NCBI RefSeq assembly: GCF_964355755.1
Contig: NC_092677.1
Location: 27,825,175-27,889,174, forward strand
Source of the DNA: Antedon mediterranea
Taxonomy: Eukaryota > Animalia > Echinodermata
Length of the DNA: 64,000 bases
Direction of reading: 5' to 3'
The translations under genes and the position numbers were made by a program. A model generated the notes under the pieces. It did not search any database. It was not told where the DNA came from and saw only the letters and a program-made list of their open reading frames with translations. Every line of letters begins with the position of its first letter. Positions within the stretch are counted from its first letter, which is position 1. Below, piece after piece: positions 1 to 14,300 of the stretch.

Positions 1-676
1 AAATTAATGCCTTTAAATCTTGAATAACTATAGGTTATTATAATTATTATATCATTGCTCTTACCTAATCCTCGTAAACCCAGTCGGATTGAATCATTTG
101 ATCGTCAAATATGTCACCATTTCATAGAATAGTTTTGTTTGTTTTATTGGTTTCACCACACATTTTAAAATAAAAGATAAAAATTACAAATTGCAAAAAG
201 AAAATTATGATAAGGTTAAAACAACTTGATATATTTCCAAAAAGGCGTAGTGTTTTATCTTAAAATTTGTTGAATTGACAAGGTATCTTTTCAGTAAACA
301 AAAATCCAAAATATCAACTTAATTTTCAAAAACTTAATTGCAAAAAAGTCAAGAGTCACGTGTCTTTATACTTTATAATTATAAAAAAATATATATATAG
401 AAAATCAGGCTTATTGATTTTATTAAGAAATGAGATTTTTTTATCATCCTTAATTTTGGTAATACTGTTTAATTATCAGAGGAAAGAGTGAAACTACTAT
501 ATTTCAAATATTATACAGATATGTAATATAATAAAATAAAATACATATACAGTACATATTGAACAACTTATTTATCTATGGTCCTACTTATTATAATTAT
601 AAGAGATGGTCTTCTACTTTTATTCGCTTCCAAAGTTTGAAAATCTAAAATTGTAAATGGTAAAATAATTTCTTAC

Positions 677-737
677 CTGCGGCGATAGCAACTGACACTG
701 CAGTAAAGGCGAGGATAGCTCTATACAAGATCGTCAT
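677..737 (-). CDS. First coding exon (signal peptide) of a secreted protein continuing off the left edge; possibly a tandem carbonic anhydrase paralog
   Basis: ATG at 737 in an AAGATG context reads MTILYRAILAFTAVSVAIAA plus 1 nt, then a GTAAG donor (phase 1). Length, phase, start context and sequence resemble the CA signal exon at 18078-18144 (MNTWYILVLAASAVVSIATAST). Identity as a CA is inference. Confidence 0.6.
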
Positions 738-2360
738 CTTGTTACGGCTTACGTATCAGCATACAAATGACATTTCCAATTTATCCTATTTATTGCTATA
801 ATTACGGCTTATGGAGGTCAACATAGATAACACAGTCTCCAGCCAAACAATAGCAATGAATAAGAGCACTCGACACGTATCTGGGGTAGCAGTAATACGA
901 TTAACCTATTAGAAAGATCATTGAATGGTAGTATACAATGTCCATTCATGCCGCTCAATGATTGGTATTTTAGTATTAGACAGATACCAATCAATAAGAG
1001 TCACAACATAGGCCTATTACGAGAGTGAAAACACGATTCAAAGGTTAAAATTCTAATATAAATAATATCTGGAATATATAAATGTTTTAAATTGAAGGAT
1101 ATGCATTGTATTGTGTAGAATTTCGCAATGATGTACCGTGTAGTAGACTTTTAAAGTATTTGCGGTTCGGAGAACAAACGCAACCAATGTTACGTTTCCG
1201 GATCATTGTTCGATCGTATTTTATGGATTTGACACAGAAAACACATCTTTATATATAAAGGGATAAACATAATACAGTAGTGTGGAGTTTGTGAATAAAA
1301 AAATATAGGACAATTTCAATAGACACTCACGTCAATCACGTGACATGATTTTAATCTGATGACGCATTTAAATAGTGATTGTATATTGGTACACGTCTTA
1401 GTGTCATTTGATTAGTTCATTAATTTAAGCATCACGTACTTTACTTTCATACTGAACGAAATGTAATAGTAAGTGTCACCGAGGGGCACCGAGAGCATGA
1501 CAATACTGCGTTATAGTAAACAATAAAACACCATACAATGTTACAGTACAAATATATATTGCGTTTGTTTATGCTTTGGCTCATGTTTAGCCTATTGGAA
1601 CAGTGATTTTAGATAGAAACTTGTATTAACTGCCGCCTGTTAGAAGTCTTCAAATAATACTTGCATACAAATAAATCAAGAAACTTAGAATAAAACACGT
1701 ATATGCAGATGGCACAATTCGACTAATTAGCATATATTTATTTATATATAATTGTCTATTGATCATAAATATATCGGAACTGAAATATTATTATGTTATA
1801 CTATGAAGGAATTAATTCTTCCAAAGTTACAGTCATTAAAGCTTTAAACTAATTACGAACATTCGTATCTTATGAGCTGTTTTTCATAGAGCATTTACCA
1901 CTTTTAGTACAGTACCGTACTTGCAGTGTTGGAATGTAAAGTCTTTGGTTGTACAGTACTGTGAAACGTACACACAACGCAAAAAGTGGCAAATCGTAAA
2001 ACGCGATTGAACGAACGCACAAGGCAATTGACCAATTAAAAGCAATATAAAAATTTAAAAAAATTACAAATATATAAAAACCCACAAAACCAGCAAGCGA
2101 ATAATGACGTCATCAATCAAGTAGATAGCCGGTACTCTTCCCTGCTAATATTTAAAGCCGTTTGATCTCAATCATTAATTGACATAAGCATTAAAAATGT
2201 TTTGACATGCGCAGGACATGGTGTAAAGCGAGTTTTTGAGCAATAGAGGGCGCTAGAAAGGACTGCGTGAAACATTGTCGGTGTTTTCCTATTTTTTCGA
2301 CAAGATCAGAAAAAAAAAATGGTAACAAAAAGAGAATGTACAAAAGAGAATGAGATAGAT

Positions 2361-5300
2361 CTACTTCATAACAGAAAAGATCAAGAAAGTCAAGAACGAA
2401 ACCATAATTGAGGGCGCAATGATATTGCTGTGAGATGGCTCGTAGTCCGGATCAGAGTATATAACTGTGCGGCCGTTGAGGGCTTGTACTGGTCGAAAGG
2501 TATCTTCAATCGTCTCGTTGTGGCTGTTTTGGAGAGTTCTGAACATTTGAATCTGAAAATAAAAAAGTAAATAAAAGTTAGTTTTATGCATACATATCAA
2601 ATTATAAACCAGACCTATGAAAATACCCTCAACAAAATCTTCAGTATTCAGTTAATTGTCAGTGTATCGATTTCGCATGCTCGCCATCGTCAAGCGTGAG
2701 AGCGAATAAACCCCCTGTAAAAAAGCAAATTAACGATGAATAATCGATCGCGATCACACGTCCAGATCACCACAATATGACGTCAAGATTACCACAATAT
2801 TATGACGTCAGGATCACCACAATATGACATCAGATCATTATCATCGATGCGAAGGTGTTTGGAGAAACAACAATCAAAAGATATATTATTCTGACCTGGC
2901 TGCTAGATAGAGATATCGGCTCTTTGAACATTGTCCAGATGATAGCTTCAGCACAATTCGGAGTTGTCAGCGAACCATTATATCGGTAGAATTCACCAAG
3001 ATTGTCTGGTAAAAGACTCTCCAGAGTAAAAACATCATTTGCAGGAATGTCGTATGTAGCTTCTGTTGTAAGAAACCAAATAATATAAATAGTATTTCAA
3101 TATACAACAATTAAGCAGGCCATTTTGCAGTTTTAATTATTTAAAATAAAATAGTTTTGTGGGAAAAAAACAAAAGAAAAAGAATGTTTTCACTTTAAAA
3201 AAAGACAAAAACACTTTAAAATGGCATATTTAAAAAAACAAAAATGTTTTTCATGCGGGCAATATCTAACATACCGTATAATATAATTTATATATAACAG
3301 TTACAGGTTACAAATCAGCTTCATGAAATTTAATTTTATTGATTTATTTCTCCATGGTGTGGCGTAACTTACGTACGAAATACCTCCATCTCGCACATTA
3401 AACAGAACTAACTAACCATACCTTCTTCTTGCACATTCGTTAGAGAGTTCAGAAGAGTTTCGAAATTTGAGTTGTCTTCGTTAGACACCTACAAAGAATA
3501 ATGGTTACGTTCTTGTGAGGGCGGTTCATTGTATAGGCATACTTGAAATGATATTAAGAAATATACACAAAATACATCAATAAAAATTATCCCCTCCACC
3601 CCATTAGGCCTATACCAACTATTTAAAATTAAAGTTTTCTTCAACACGTACCTGGAAGAAAAAGCCAAGTACAGCAAGTCCAGTGCTACCACCTTGTTCA
3701 ATAGCGTCAGTTGTACTTGAATATATGCTATTGTAATGAACCATGTGCATCTAAAATAGAAAACAAAAGTATGCAGAACTTAACAACACATCTGAGAGAC
3801 TCATGAAAAATAGGTCAACTTGAGGGGGCAATGCTTTGGCAAAATTGATTCTATCAAACTTACTCTGCGCATGTCATTTAAAGGTATCGATAATTCATTT
3901 GTATAAAATCAATTTTTTTAATAGTTGCTATTTTTTATAACAACGTGCTTTACATATTTTGCCAAATTATTTGGTTTGGTGTTGTTTAGGACAAATAAAA
4001 TAAATTTGTTATTGTAATTATTTCCAACCTCTGCAGGATATTGAGCGTTGTTTAGCTTGTGTTCAGATCCAACAGCATCACTGCTACCCCAATGAAAATG
4101 AAATTGATCAGTATTATAGGTACCACCAAGTCCACCACCAGAAACTGAATAATCTCCTGTCAGACTTACTTGCACTACAACAAAACAAAATTAGATAATA
4201 TTTCATAATCTAAGTTGATTTGACTAAAGTCCAAATCAGACAATGTCGTACGACGAGGCCTGAGTACGAATCGTCTCGTCGGGAGAAAGTAAAGCATGTT
4301 TAATGTTCTAGCGACGACCTAAAAACTACGCCCGACGCTATCTCAAGACGAGTCGTCTCATCGGGATTCAACTCCGACAGCACCGACGAGTCAAGACGTT
4401 TCGTCAGGACTCGTCCTACGATGCTGTCTGAGTAGGCCTTGATATATACCACGGTATCATTACACATATACTCTAAATACAAGACAAGAAGGCCTGTAGA
4501 GATGAAATCAAGATTTGGTCGATGACGACGATGAATACAATACTCAAATACCCTTAGTCATGTACTTCGTGAGTCATGTCATATAGTGCTTAATTTGTTA
4601 TACTTACATGAATGACCATTGTTAGTTACTTTCATGGATTTTTCTGTAACATCTCCAAATCCAACAAAAGTGAACGTTCCCAAATTGCCTTCTTCTGTAC
4701 TGGAAGTGTCGATGTTAATAGGCGATTGATTTTCTCCGCCACAGGGTGGGTATGATTCAGCCCAGTAAGCAGGACCTATCGAAACACAAAGTGTTACAAT
4801 TGAGAGCCAGGAGAACACGTGGTTAATGTGATGATAAGAGGTAGTAAACTAATGTGTTCTAAAGCGATCAGATGTTTTACTAAACATATTCACGATAGGT
4901 TTTATATAAGTATGACATGGTTATAAATTTAAATATACCATACCGTCATTGCCTGAGTAACTCCAACCTAAAAAAAAAGAGAAAACAAAAATTAATTTCA
5001 TAACCAAATCTGCTAATAATATTGTATACGGTATATATGTGTGTTTTTTACATTATAGTACACTTACAAAAAGAGTTGGTGATTAACAAAAGGAGAGAGG
5101 GAGAGTTTTTTAAGGCACAGGGGGAATGACCGTAAGAGACAAGATGAGGTATGGTATGGTTTTGTTATGTTTTGTGCGTCGGTATGTTCTTTGTTGACTT
5201 ACTTTATTCTAATTCTTATACATTACTACAACATATACAATTGAAACAATGGTTAACCTGAGTTTGAGCCTAGCATCAGCGACTTTTAATAAGACTATGG

Positions 5301-8300
5301 AAGAATCAAGTGTTTGTGAGTCCTTATGCGAAGATATGACATCGGATACTGGATTTCAATATTTTCTACACCCAATTACTTCAACGCCAAGGTGTATAAA
5401 GAAGTCAAGACCATCAAGAGGAAATGTTAGGCCAAAATACTGCGATTCTATAACTCAGACTACAAAAACTAGAACATTTGATATTGGTATACAGACACCG
5501 ATAAGTTGGGATCAAACCCCATTACTGAAGAACAAGATTAAAAGCTGTGAGGACAAAATTGCTGAATCTAAAAGGAAGTTGCAAGAGTACCAAGATGTTA
5601 ACTCTAATTTCGTTCAGCTTGCATCATCTTTTAAGGAGTTATGTGAGCGAAATGCCTCTTTGGAAACTCAGATTGCCAGCCTTCAAGCTTTATTAACAGA
5701 AAATGAGTTTCATACAGCTTCTCATCCCATTAGCAATCCTGTAATGTGTAAGTCAAACTCACAGTCTATTGCACTACACAACTCTTTTAATGCTTTGCAG
5801 AAAGAATTTAAGTCTCCAGCCTTAGCTTCTGAAAAAAATCATGCAGCTGAAAACTTTCAGTCTGATATTACCATACAGAATAAAAGAAACCTAATAATTG
5901 GCGACTCAATGTTGAAATTAGTCAAGACTAAGGGTCTGTGTGACACAGCGGTGAAGACACTACGCGGTGCTATCACAACTCAGGTTTCTGATACTTTGGA
6001 TCAAATGGATCTTAGCAAAGTACAAAATGTCATATTGCACGTTGGCACAAATGATTGTAGTGAGCTGAACTTTAAATTAGATCAGTTAAAGGAGGATTTC
6101 AGTGATCTTATGGTTCGTTTGAGGCATAAAACATCTGGTAACATCTATGTTTCAAGTATTTGCCCGCGTTTGGATGATCCAGAAATAAATATGAGAGTGC
6201 TAGAAGCAAATAAGATGCTGAAATCAGTTTATGGAAATTGTTTTATAGACCACACTCTGGCATTCTCTTCCGAGAAAGGATATGATGCTTCCAAATTTAC
6301 ACGCCATGGTCTCCACCTTAACAAATATGGAACATCTACACTGATAAAGAGTATAAATAAAGTAGTGTCTATTCTCTTCCCAGTCAAGAGACAAGAGCGC
6401 ACAAAATCAGCGAATGTTCGATGTCACTACTGTAGCGAAAGTGGACATACAAATAGAGTGTGTCGGCATGGAGGTCCAGTTATCTGCTGGAAATGCAAGC
6501 AGAGCGGACATAAAGCAAAGCTATGCCAAGTTCAAGACATGCGAAAGTGAGTTATTGGCAAAGAAGATATAGCCGACACAAACTTAATGGTGTTAAACTT
6601 AATGGTGTTAAACGATCAAGAACGAAATGTAAATTAATATAATCAATGTTAATGCTTCACAACCAATTACTATTACTAATGCTAAAATTAATGCTGAATG
6701 TACTTATGATAATAGTTTAAGTAATAATGTAAACCAAAGTGATTTTATGATAGATTCAAAATTAGGTTCTGATAGTAAAAACAAGCTAAACGTATTCTAT
6801 TGCAATGTAAGAAGTGTTAAAAATAAGTTGCATGATATAAATTCTCGATTTAATTCTTCATTTTATGATATTATATCTATGACAGAAACATGGCTTGACA
6901 ATTCCATTTATGATAGTCAAATATTTAATAACGATTATATAGTTTTTAGAAAGGATAGAAACTCACATGGTGGGGGAGTACTTATTGCTGTAAAAACATC
7001 ATTACACCCATCTAAGTGTCATGAACTAAATGATAATATACTGGAGTTATTGTGGTTAGAGTGTTACACTGGTATTGGGAAAATTCTTATAGGTGTATAT
7101 TACAGACCACCATCTTCCAATATTCAATACACAAATGCTTTATACACCAATTTAGAAAAAGTACAAAGAAAAATGACTCAGTACAAATGGGTTTCGCTTA
7201 TTGGTGATTTTAATATACATATTGAATGGAATGATATACAGGTAGATAAAAGTAGTGGTTTAACTAGCCTAGCGAATGGTCTATTAGATGCAACAAACTC
7301 TACTGGGTTAGTTCAAGTCTTAAAACAACCATCGTATATTACACGTGACAGTAAAGGACATTTCTTAGATTTAGTATTTGTTTCTAATCCACTACTGATT
7401 GAAAAATGTCGTACAATTTATAATTTTGAATCATGTGATCATGAAGCAGTTGAGATCTCTGTTAAGGTGTCGTATAAACGTGCTAAGGACATAACTAAAA
7501 CTGTATATGCTCTTAAAAAGGCTGATTTTTCAAAAATGCAGACTATATTAGATAATTTTAATTGGGAGAATTGTTTTCAATATAATAATATTAGTGATAT
7601 ATGGGAAACTATTTCTAGTAATATCAATTTTGCAATTTCAAAATCTGTACCAAATAAGAAAGGTAAAAAATCAAAATCTTTTCCCTGGATAACTCCAGAA
7701 ATCAAAAAGCTTTGCACAAAGAAAAGAAAGTTGTACAAAATTGCTAAACAAGTAGGAACTGAAGAAAGCATAAATAAATTCAAATCTTGTAGCAGGGAAT
7801 TAAAAAAGTCAATATATTGTAGCCATCGGGATTATGTTGTAAATATTTCAAACAAAGCTACAACTGATATAAAACAATTCTGGGCGTATATAAGGTCTAT
7901 AAAAAATGACTCAGATGTTATTAGCTTTAAGATAAATAACACAATAGTATCTGATGCTAATGTGTTGGCTAATCTTTTCAATACACAATTTGTAAACAAC
8001 TTTTGCATAGATAATGATCAGCATTGTGATTTGGATACAATAGATTGTCTTACCAACTTTGAATGTGAACCCTTTGTGATGCCTGAGGTATTTTATGCCC
8101 TCTCACAGTTAAATGTATCCAAATCACCAGGACCTGATTGTTTGCTTCCAATATTCTTAAAGTCATGTAAGGCACAATTGGCTAATGTTTTATGTACATT
8201 CTTTAATTTAACTGTACAAAAAGGTATTTTACCAAAACAATGGAAGGATGCAAATGTTGTACCTATTTTCAAAAGAAATGGAAAACCCAAAGACGAAATG

Positions 8301-11300
8301 AAAAGCTATCGTCCAGTGTCTTTAACTCCCATAATTTGTAAGATTATTGAGAAATTGCTTTGCTATCGTTTAAGGGAATATCTAGAATATAATAATATCC
8401 TTTCAGAAAATCAGTTTGGGTTTAGACAAATGTATAGTACTGAACTTTTACTTTCAAAAGTTTTTAATTCATGGGCAAAGAGCTTAGAACTTAAAGGCTG
8501 TAAAAATATTGATATTATTTTTCTTGATTTTTCGTCTGCATTTGACAAGGTGTCTCATAAAAGATTAATTAAGAAACTTAATAACTGTGGTATTGGTGGG
8601 AACACTAATGCATGGATTACAGATTTTCTTTCAAATAGACGCCAAAGGGTTATTTACAGAGGAGAAAAGTCAGAGTGGGTAAATGTTACTTCAGGGGTAC
8701 CACAAGGGTCAGTTTTGGGCCCTCTTTTATTTTTGATTTACATAAGTGATATTGTAAATAATATTTCTTCTTCACTTTTTCAATTTGCTGATGATCACAC
8801 ATTATCACGTCCTATTTATAACAATAATGATTGTAAATTACTTCAAAAGGATTTAGATTCAATTGCTAAATGGGCAAATGTAAACAAACTTCCCTTAAAT
8901 CCTGTCAAATGCGCCGTAATGCATGTTACAAGATGTAAAGATATAGTTAACTGGGATTATACCATAGAATCAGACAATATTCCTAAAGTTACAGAATTCA
9001 AATTTCTAGGTGTTTATGTAAATATTTCGTTGTCTTGTCATACACAAACTAATTATATATGTTGTAAAGCAAGCAGATTGCTTGGTTTCATTTCAAAATG
9101 TAGTAAAAATATGTCCTGGTTAGCTATGTTGAACTTATACAAAGCTCTATTACTTCCAGTGATTACCTACTGTTGTTCAATGTGGGCACCATTTGAGAAA
9201 TCACATATTAATAGAATAGAAAGTATACAAAGGAAAGCAACAAGGATAATAATGTTTAGAAAGAAAGGTTCCTGGGACACATCTTATTTTCATAGGTTGA
9301 AAGTGCTTGAATTATCTATTGATGACTTGTTTAAATTACATAGACTTTCATTAGGATTTAAGTTATTGAAAGGTTACTGCCCCCATTCTTTCAATGAGTA
9401 TATTAAAACTAGTGAAAGATGTCCGGGTAGGCTTTTACGTTGGAATTCGAAAGGCAATACTTTTCATAATTCTGTATTTGTTTCCTTTCCTAGACTATGG
9501 GAGCAAATACCAAATGACATAAAAGATTCACAAACAATTTCAATATTTAAGGCTGCTCTAACAAAACACTATATTTCATGTTATGTATAGTTTATTTGTA
9601 TTTTTCTTGTATATGGTTTATCTTAACTGTTTGTATTGTATGGAGTGAGTGCAGAATCTGTTTGGGCTTTAGCCTATTCTCATTCCTGGTTATTTTTACA
9701 TTGATGACCAAATAAATATTATTATTATTATTATTAAGATCTGGGTAGAATACTTCAAGCTCATGAATGCTATTCCTATTGAATGGAAGGAAGTATTGGC
9801 ACGACATAGATTAGAGAAAGAACAAGTTAATGTTGATATTAAAAATGAATTATTCAAATCAAATGTTAAAACAGGTTTTTATGATAAGTTTATATTTGAA
9901 CTAAAGACAGTGCCAATCTCCCAAGTAAAATGGGAAGCAGAGTTTTTAAATAAGACTATGGTATGGAACAAAATATGGAATAATAAAGTCAAAGATATGA
10001 AACATATGGTAAAAGTTGCGCAATTCAATTTTAAACTTTTACATCGCATACTTGTTTGTAATAAAAGATTACATATTTGGAAATTGTCTAAAATTAATAT
10101 TTGCGATAGATGTAAGAATGTGATAGAAAACGAAGAACATATGTTACTTAAGTGTAAAGTGATTAAGCCAGTTTGAAGGAAATTCAATAATCTTATTGTT
10201 GAATGTTTTCCTAATGAAACGCCAATACATTGGTTTGATATAGTTACTGGTTCCAAAGATAAACTTGTAAATGAGCTAACATCTATCTTTACGTTTTGTA
10301 TATACAAATCCCGCATAAGGCTTAGTTTATTAGATAACATGATGGGTAACGAATCAAAAAGTATCTTGAATATGTTTAAATTTGAATTAAAAAATCTTAT
10401 AGAAAATGAATACGCATGTAATCAGTATAAAGCAGTTATAAAATGGAATGATGTTAAAATTAAATTATTAGAATTCATAAAATAAGAAAAATATAAAACT
10501 AGTACAAGCTGTAGTGTAAAACTAACACCTAGACTTATACTAAAACTAATACATGATAGAAATAAATGTATTAGGGTAAAACATAGACTGAAACACACGG
10601 TCAAACATATAAGTAAACAAACTGGTAAATGTAAAGGGCCAACATAGTAAGAAAAGAACTTTTAAGGAATAGAAATAGTGGAATGAAACAAATGTTATAC
10701 AAGGCCAAAACATAAAAAGTAGCATAATTATAATGTGTTTATAATAACTAGATTAAACTGATTCGTAAATGTAAATAGGTATATTAATGTGTGTATGTGT
10801 GTATATATTTGTAACGGATGTAATATAAGGTCAAAAGAAATAAAGAAACAAATTGTGAGTACTGATTTAAGATATAATAAAAGAAACAGCTACTTTTTAA
10901 TACATTTCTTAATATAAAGTAAATTTAAATGATAAATAGTTGTACTTTTACTATAACTTGCAATAAACATAAAATGTATGTTTTTAAAGCATACTTTTAC
11001 TCCATCGATTTTATGTACATGTATAGATATAGTGCCTTTTTAGCTGTTATATTGCATTTTATTGTTCTTTATTTTTATAAAAATGTATGTATGTTATATA
11101 ATATATATTTGTAAAAAGAATGAATAAATGTGGGTGACCCCCACGAAAGAGAAAAAAAAAAAAAAAAAAAAAAAGATCTGGGTAGTACGATAGTAGCCTT
11201 GAAATGAAACTTTCCCAGTTAACATTTCAGTTGAGCGGCAAGGGAAAAATCCCCCTATATTCGAACGTTAGGGAGGGGAACTTGAATTACAGTCGGTATT

Positions 11301-14300
11301 GGATAACCAACTACCACCATTTTGAAAGCAAACCATATTTTCCTATGCATTTGACCAATGATTTGAATTTTTGGTTAATATTTGACAAGTGAATTGCCGA
11401 GTGAATTGCTTGGTAAATAAACCTTTTCTAAGGAAATTAAATTGAACTAACTGAAGTAGTACAAACAGATAAAAATAACAAATGGTGAGGGTAGGTTTAC
11501 TATTCGCTATTTTAATGAAAAACCAAATTAAACTGTTGGCTGACTGAAACATCTTTATTAACAGTTTACAACGAAACTGGACAGAACAATTACAAAAAAT
11601 CCATCAGTTATTTTTTTGAATACCAAAATGGAAAACGAATTCCAGATTTGAAAGAAATCATCATAATAATTATTTTTTAGTCACGTGTATTTATTTTACA
11701 ACAACAATCAGTTGTAGTTTTCCAAAAAAAAAGATTTAATTAGCAACATTCCGTAAATATAATTTCTGCTACACACTAATAATCAGCATAGAAAGTGTCA
11801 ATGCCTCAATTGGATCTGTACAAGAAAACATTTGTTATGCAGTTGTTAATTTATAGCCTTGGGTCTAGATTTTGGATTGTATTATTATTGGCTTATTAAG
11901 AGTTGAAGCGTACTGGATGAAACCGAACGTTGAAACGTATCAGTACCTGTTTGTGTCATCAGTCAAAAAAGACAGACAATGTGGAGGAATCTACTGTAGA
12001 AAAGCACAGTTAAACCACATTTTGCGTCACGTCAAAAGCTACATTCTCACGTCTTGTTCCATTTTGCTTTTATCATCAGTCATTAAATACACTTCATGGA
12101 TTTGAATGAATATGAATATGTATTTACCGAAACAAAGTTACTTATAGAATTGAATTTAATTGTAGTATTACCATTTAAAGCTTATGCCTTTGATAATCTA
12201 AGCTTATGCCTTTGATAATCTTGGATCAGCCCCTAAAAAGAAATATACGCGACGAAGTTTAGGCCTTTGATAATCCTATATTTTGGATCATTCCCCTAAG
12301 AAATATACGCGATGACGACACGAATACAGAATAAATGCTTCGTAATTGTCATCCAAGTAAAGTTTAATGAAGGGCCGAGAATGTTTTAAGTGGTGGTTAA
12401 TTTTAAGTGGTGACATATATTATAAACACTTGTATGGACTGTTCAAAGGGTACTCGGTGAAACAATATACAACGGCAAAATTCATCATTGTCGCACGTTT
12501 GTACTTTACACCAATTGGTAAATATGCTAAGAAGGCATTTATCACTGAATACTGACTTTGGAAACAAAAACCGACTGTACCAACAGAATACCGACTGTAG
12601 AAACAGAATACCGACTGTAGAAACAGAATACCGAGTGTAGAAACAGAATACCGAGTGTAGAAACTGAATACCGACTGTAGAAACTGAATACCGACTGTAG
12701 AAACAGAATACCGACTGTAGAAACTGAATACCGACTGTAGAAACTGAATACCGACTGTAGAAACTGAATACCGACTGTAGAAACTGAATACCGACTGTAG
12801 AAACTGAATACCGACTGTAGAAACTGAATACCGACTGTAGAAACAGAATACCGACTGTAGAAACAGAATACCAATTGTAGAAACAGAATACCGACTGTAG
12901 AAACAGAATATCGACTGTAGAAACTGAATATCGACTGTAGAAACAGAATACCGACTGTAGAAACAGAATACCGACTGTAGAAACAGAATACTGACTGTAG
13001 AAACAGAATACCGACTGTAGAAACTGAATACCGACTGTAGAAACAGAATACCGACTGTAGAAACAGAATACCGACTGGATAAACAGAATACCGATTGTAG
13101 AAACAGAAACCGACTGTAGAAACAGAATACCGACCGTAGAAACAGAAACCGACTGTAGAAACAGAATACCGACTGTAGAAACAGAATACCGACTGGATAA
13201 AACAGAATACCGACTGGATAAAACAGAATACCGACTGTAGAAACAGAATACCGACTGGATAAAACAGAATACAGACTGTAGAAACAGAAACCGACTGTAG
13301 AAACAGAATACCAACTGGATAAACAGAATACCGACTTTGGAAACAGAAATCGAATGTAGCAACAACATAAATATTTATTTTTATTTTTGATCTTATTTAA
13401 AAAAAATTGTTTCCTTCTCAGCCAGTCAGAAAAGCTTCCAAGATCAAGTAAAAACTGAAAAAATAAAATAATTTCATTTCATTAATATTATTGCCAATAT
13501 TTATTACCAATGCCAGAATTGCGAAGTAAAAAAACCAATTATAACATTTCGAGATTAAAATCGGACAATAAAATAATATATCAATAATCAATCAATATGT
13601 TTTTTTTCTCTCCTCAGGCAGTACTGTAATCCTATTTCTCTTTCTTTACTCAGGTAGTGTCCGTTTATAATCCCCATTCTCTTTAATTTGGTTAACAGAG
13701 TCAGAAGGTTAAATCTTAAAGAACAATTATGACAGACTGATGAAAACAAAATATTTTATTTTTTCAACAAAATAATTTCCCTTCAATCAAAGTAACATTT
13801 ATTTCTCTTGTCTTTCATAGAAAATAAAATTAACAGTAAAAATTATTAAAATAAGAGGGGCAACATTCCTAAAAAGCAAAGCTTGTATAAGGCAGCCCAT
13901 AGAAAATGAAAAAAAAAAAACAGGACAACACGGGAACCGGAAACAGGACAAAAACAGTAATGAAGACTTTTAGATTCAGGGTACCGAAAAGACTAAAAAT
14001 ATCAAAACTACAATGAGTGAAAGGATAATTAAACATAACTAGATAAGAGGTGCCGTTTCAATTTAAAAGAAAAACTCTTCTTAGACAAAGCACTTTTTAT
14101 ATTAACTGGTACGTTATCCCAAAGTTTAGGACCAGTGAACTTAATGCTATGTTTAAAAGAAGTAGTTTTAAAAAAAGGAATACGTATTTGATTTGCGCTC
14201 CGAGTACTGTGGTTATGAAAATTAAGATTGAAACTAAATAAATCATCAAAGTGTGATGGCAGGATCGAGTTTAGCCATGAATAAAGGAAAACACTTTGTT

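Larger units (their letters stand above)
5100..9735 (+). mobile_element. Apparently full-length CR1/L2-group non-LTR retrotransposon, antisense in CA intron 1
   Basis: ORF1 plus ORF2, then a short 3' UTR with AATAAA ending in an (ATT)n tail at about 9716-9735. The 5' boundary is approximate. Confidence 0.88.

Noticed and set aside
60-130. DWVYED-like segment before a GTAAG as exon 2 of the left-edge gene
   Set aside because: No nearby AG acceptor, and the CA-like frame meets a stop.
2762-2840. Three short repeats, two containing TGACGTCA, in the last CA intron
   Set aside because: Too short and degenerate to support a regulatory claim; TGACGTCA is frequent in this window's repeats.
7577-8290. 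Antisense ORFs within LINE ORF2 (also 9879-10340 and 48314-48511)
   Set aside because: Shadow frames of real coding sequence with no independent motifs.
12403-13368. 321-aa and 110-aa ORFs
   Set aside because: They are translations of the 20-bp minisatellite.
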